A stretch of 64,000 nt of DNA from positions 3,144,866-3,208,865 of the forward strand of contig MU053379.1 of the NCBI GenBank assembly GCA_013239625.1. The letters are read 5' to 3'. Below the pieces are notes generated by a model. It saw nothing but the letters and a program-made list of their open reading frames with translations, was not told the origin of the DNA and ran no database searches. Both the position numbers and the translations under genes were made by a program. Of the stretch, positions 62,790 through 64,000 are shown piece after piece. This stretch comes from Lama guanicoe. Its lineage: Eukaryota. Every line of letters begins with the position of its first letter. Positions within the stretch are counted from its first letter, which is position 1.

Positions 62790-63083
62790 AGTTTATGGTC
62801 TGATAACTGCCAATTCAAGCTGAATTTATAAGAGAGCAGAAACTGGGAATAGGCAGAAACTAGGGAGATGAAGGAAAAAATAGAGCAAATAAAAAAGTCG
62901 CAGCAACCAAGGAGAGAAAAACGGGAGACATAAAGCGAGGAGATGGGATTCCAAAAACTCCTGGCAGCTTTCGGTATCATCCCAAGTTCAGTTTTACATT
63001 ATAACAAATTACAATAAGTTCCCTTGTTCTAAGTCACTCAAGTGAGCCTCTGTTCCCTGTAACCAAAGAGACTTGCTGTAACA
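62790..63083 (+). mobile_element. ERVL-class 5' LTR (LTR67B-like end)
   Basis: ttacaataagttccc...agtgagcctctgttccctgtaaccaaagag...taaCA, followed closely by a PBS-like sequence. Confidence 0.6.
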
Positions 63084-63870
63084 AGGGTTAGTGCCAGGAG
63101 TGGGGTTTCTGGAACCACACACTCATAAGAAATGCAAGCTGTTTGGAAGAGAAAGTCTTATAACTTGGGACTGAGGGTAAAATTCCAAGCAGTGGTACAT
63201 CAGGCTATTGTTTGTGGTTTCTTATGACTCAGACCACCTTGCAGGAGAGGCTTTGGGGGTTGGGGGTACAACATACAGGGCTGCAGGTATCAGCTGAGTG
63301 CTCAGAACAGCAGTGAGGTACTTCCAGTTGCTGAAGAATGAGTTCTGTATCTGGATCCGTGCAGCTGGAAACAGACCTTCGGGAACACAGTGCGACCCTG
63401 CTGAACGATGATGCCCTTCCCGCCTGGGGCTGAATAATGGGTCCATTGAAAAGTAAGTCTGAAAATGTCATTTGCATTGCTGAATTGCAACATGGGCCAA
63501 ATTCCCAATATTCACATTTTGTACGACCCAGGTTAAGTGTCTGACTGATAAAGACTGAGGTTTTGCCAATAAATACGGGGATATCTGGAAGACATCCAAA
63601 GATTTGAAGATTCCCTACACCCTACACTCTTCCTGAACACTTCCCACTTCAGTACCCCACCCCACCCCCAGTCCTCAGACGAGCTTCTCTCTTTCCACTA
63701 AGAATGGGTGGTGGGCAACACTGGTCCTTCTCCCAGGACCCCACATTGTTGTGGGTCCCTGGCTTTGATGTACTTTTCCTTAGAAGCGCTTGAGCCCTTG
63801 TCTCTTTTCTAGAGAACTGCCCTCAAGCTACTGGATCCTGATTTGGGGACTGTCAAATGGACCTATGATT
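63084..63870 (+). mobile_element. ERVL internal remnant: PBS plus decayed gag
   Basis: PBS-like tagtgccaggagtgggg at 63089. Peptides IAELQHGPNSQ (63476-63508) and QVKCLTDKD*GFANKYGDIW (63529-63588) resemble ERVL Gag AELQRKLNSQP...KVRALIGKEWD...GDVW as I recall it. Confidence 0.6.
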
Positions 63871-63909
63871 TTGCATCCAATCCCAATGTGTATGTGTATA
63901 TGTATGTTG

Positions 63910-64000
63910 AGGTGCAGGGGCAGTTCCCACCACCAAAGCAATTCTCTGACACCAGCTGGGTTTCCTACCATCAGACTCAACTCTGGCATGCTCTGCCAGG
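63910..64000 (-). mobile_element. MER21-like LTR, cut by window edge
   Basis: caccaccaaagcaattctctgacaccagctgggtttcctac. Confidence 0.65.

Noticed and set aside
1..64000. Apparent plus-strand excess of L1 fragments (roughly 2:1), hinting at a minus-strand host transcript
   Set aside because: Too few elements for the bias to be meaningful
1..64000. Prokaryotic-type systems (operons, CRISPR arrays, defence islands), rRNA, snRNA/snoRNA, NUMT or processed pseudogene
   Set aside because: The sequence is mammalian throughout and I saw no segment with such signatures; small RNAs cannot be fully excluded without an Infernal/Rfam scan

Overview
This is mammalian nuclear DNA, very probably from a camelid (alpaca/llama/camel). 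The evidence is five copies of a tRNA-Ala-derived SINE matching the camelid vic-1 type, plus cetartiodactyl-type L1 3' UTRs. The window is GC-rich, repeat-laden intergenic or deep-intronic sequence. I recognise no protein-coding gene: the ORFs in the track are decayed L1 ORF2 pieces, microsatellite translations or chance ORFs. Mobile-element content includes old and young L1 fragments, L2, MIR, hAT MITEs, MaLR/ERVL/ERV1-type LTRs and an ERVL LTR-PBS-gag remnant at the right end. The non-repeat features worth attention are: a small CpG island at 6.7-6.9 kb with overlapping CTCF and NRF1 motifs and a possible minus-strand spliced transcript; several repeat-free AT-rich islands dense in homeodomain/SOX/FOX motifs that look like developmental enhancers (best at 52.8-53.4, 55.9-56.4 and 39.1-39.3 kb); nested insertions; and old repeats that appear shifted towards GC. 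Repeat family names come from remembered consensus sequences, not a database search, and boundaries are approximate unless target-site duplications (TSDs) are given. I found no convincing novel multi-gene system.
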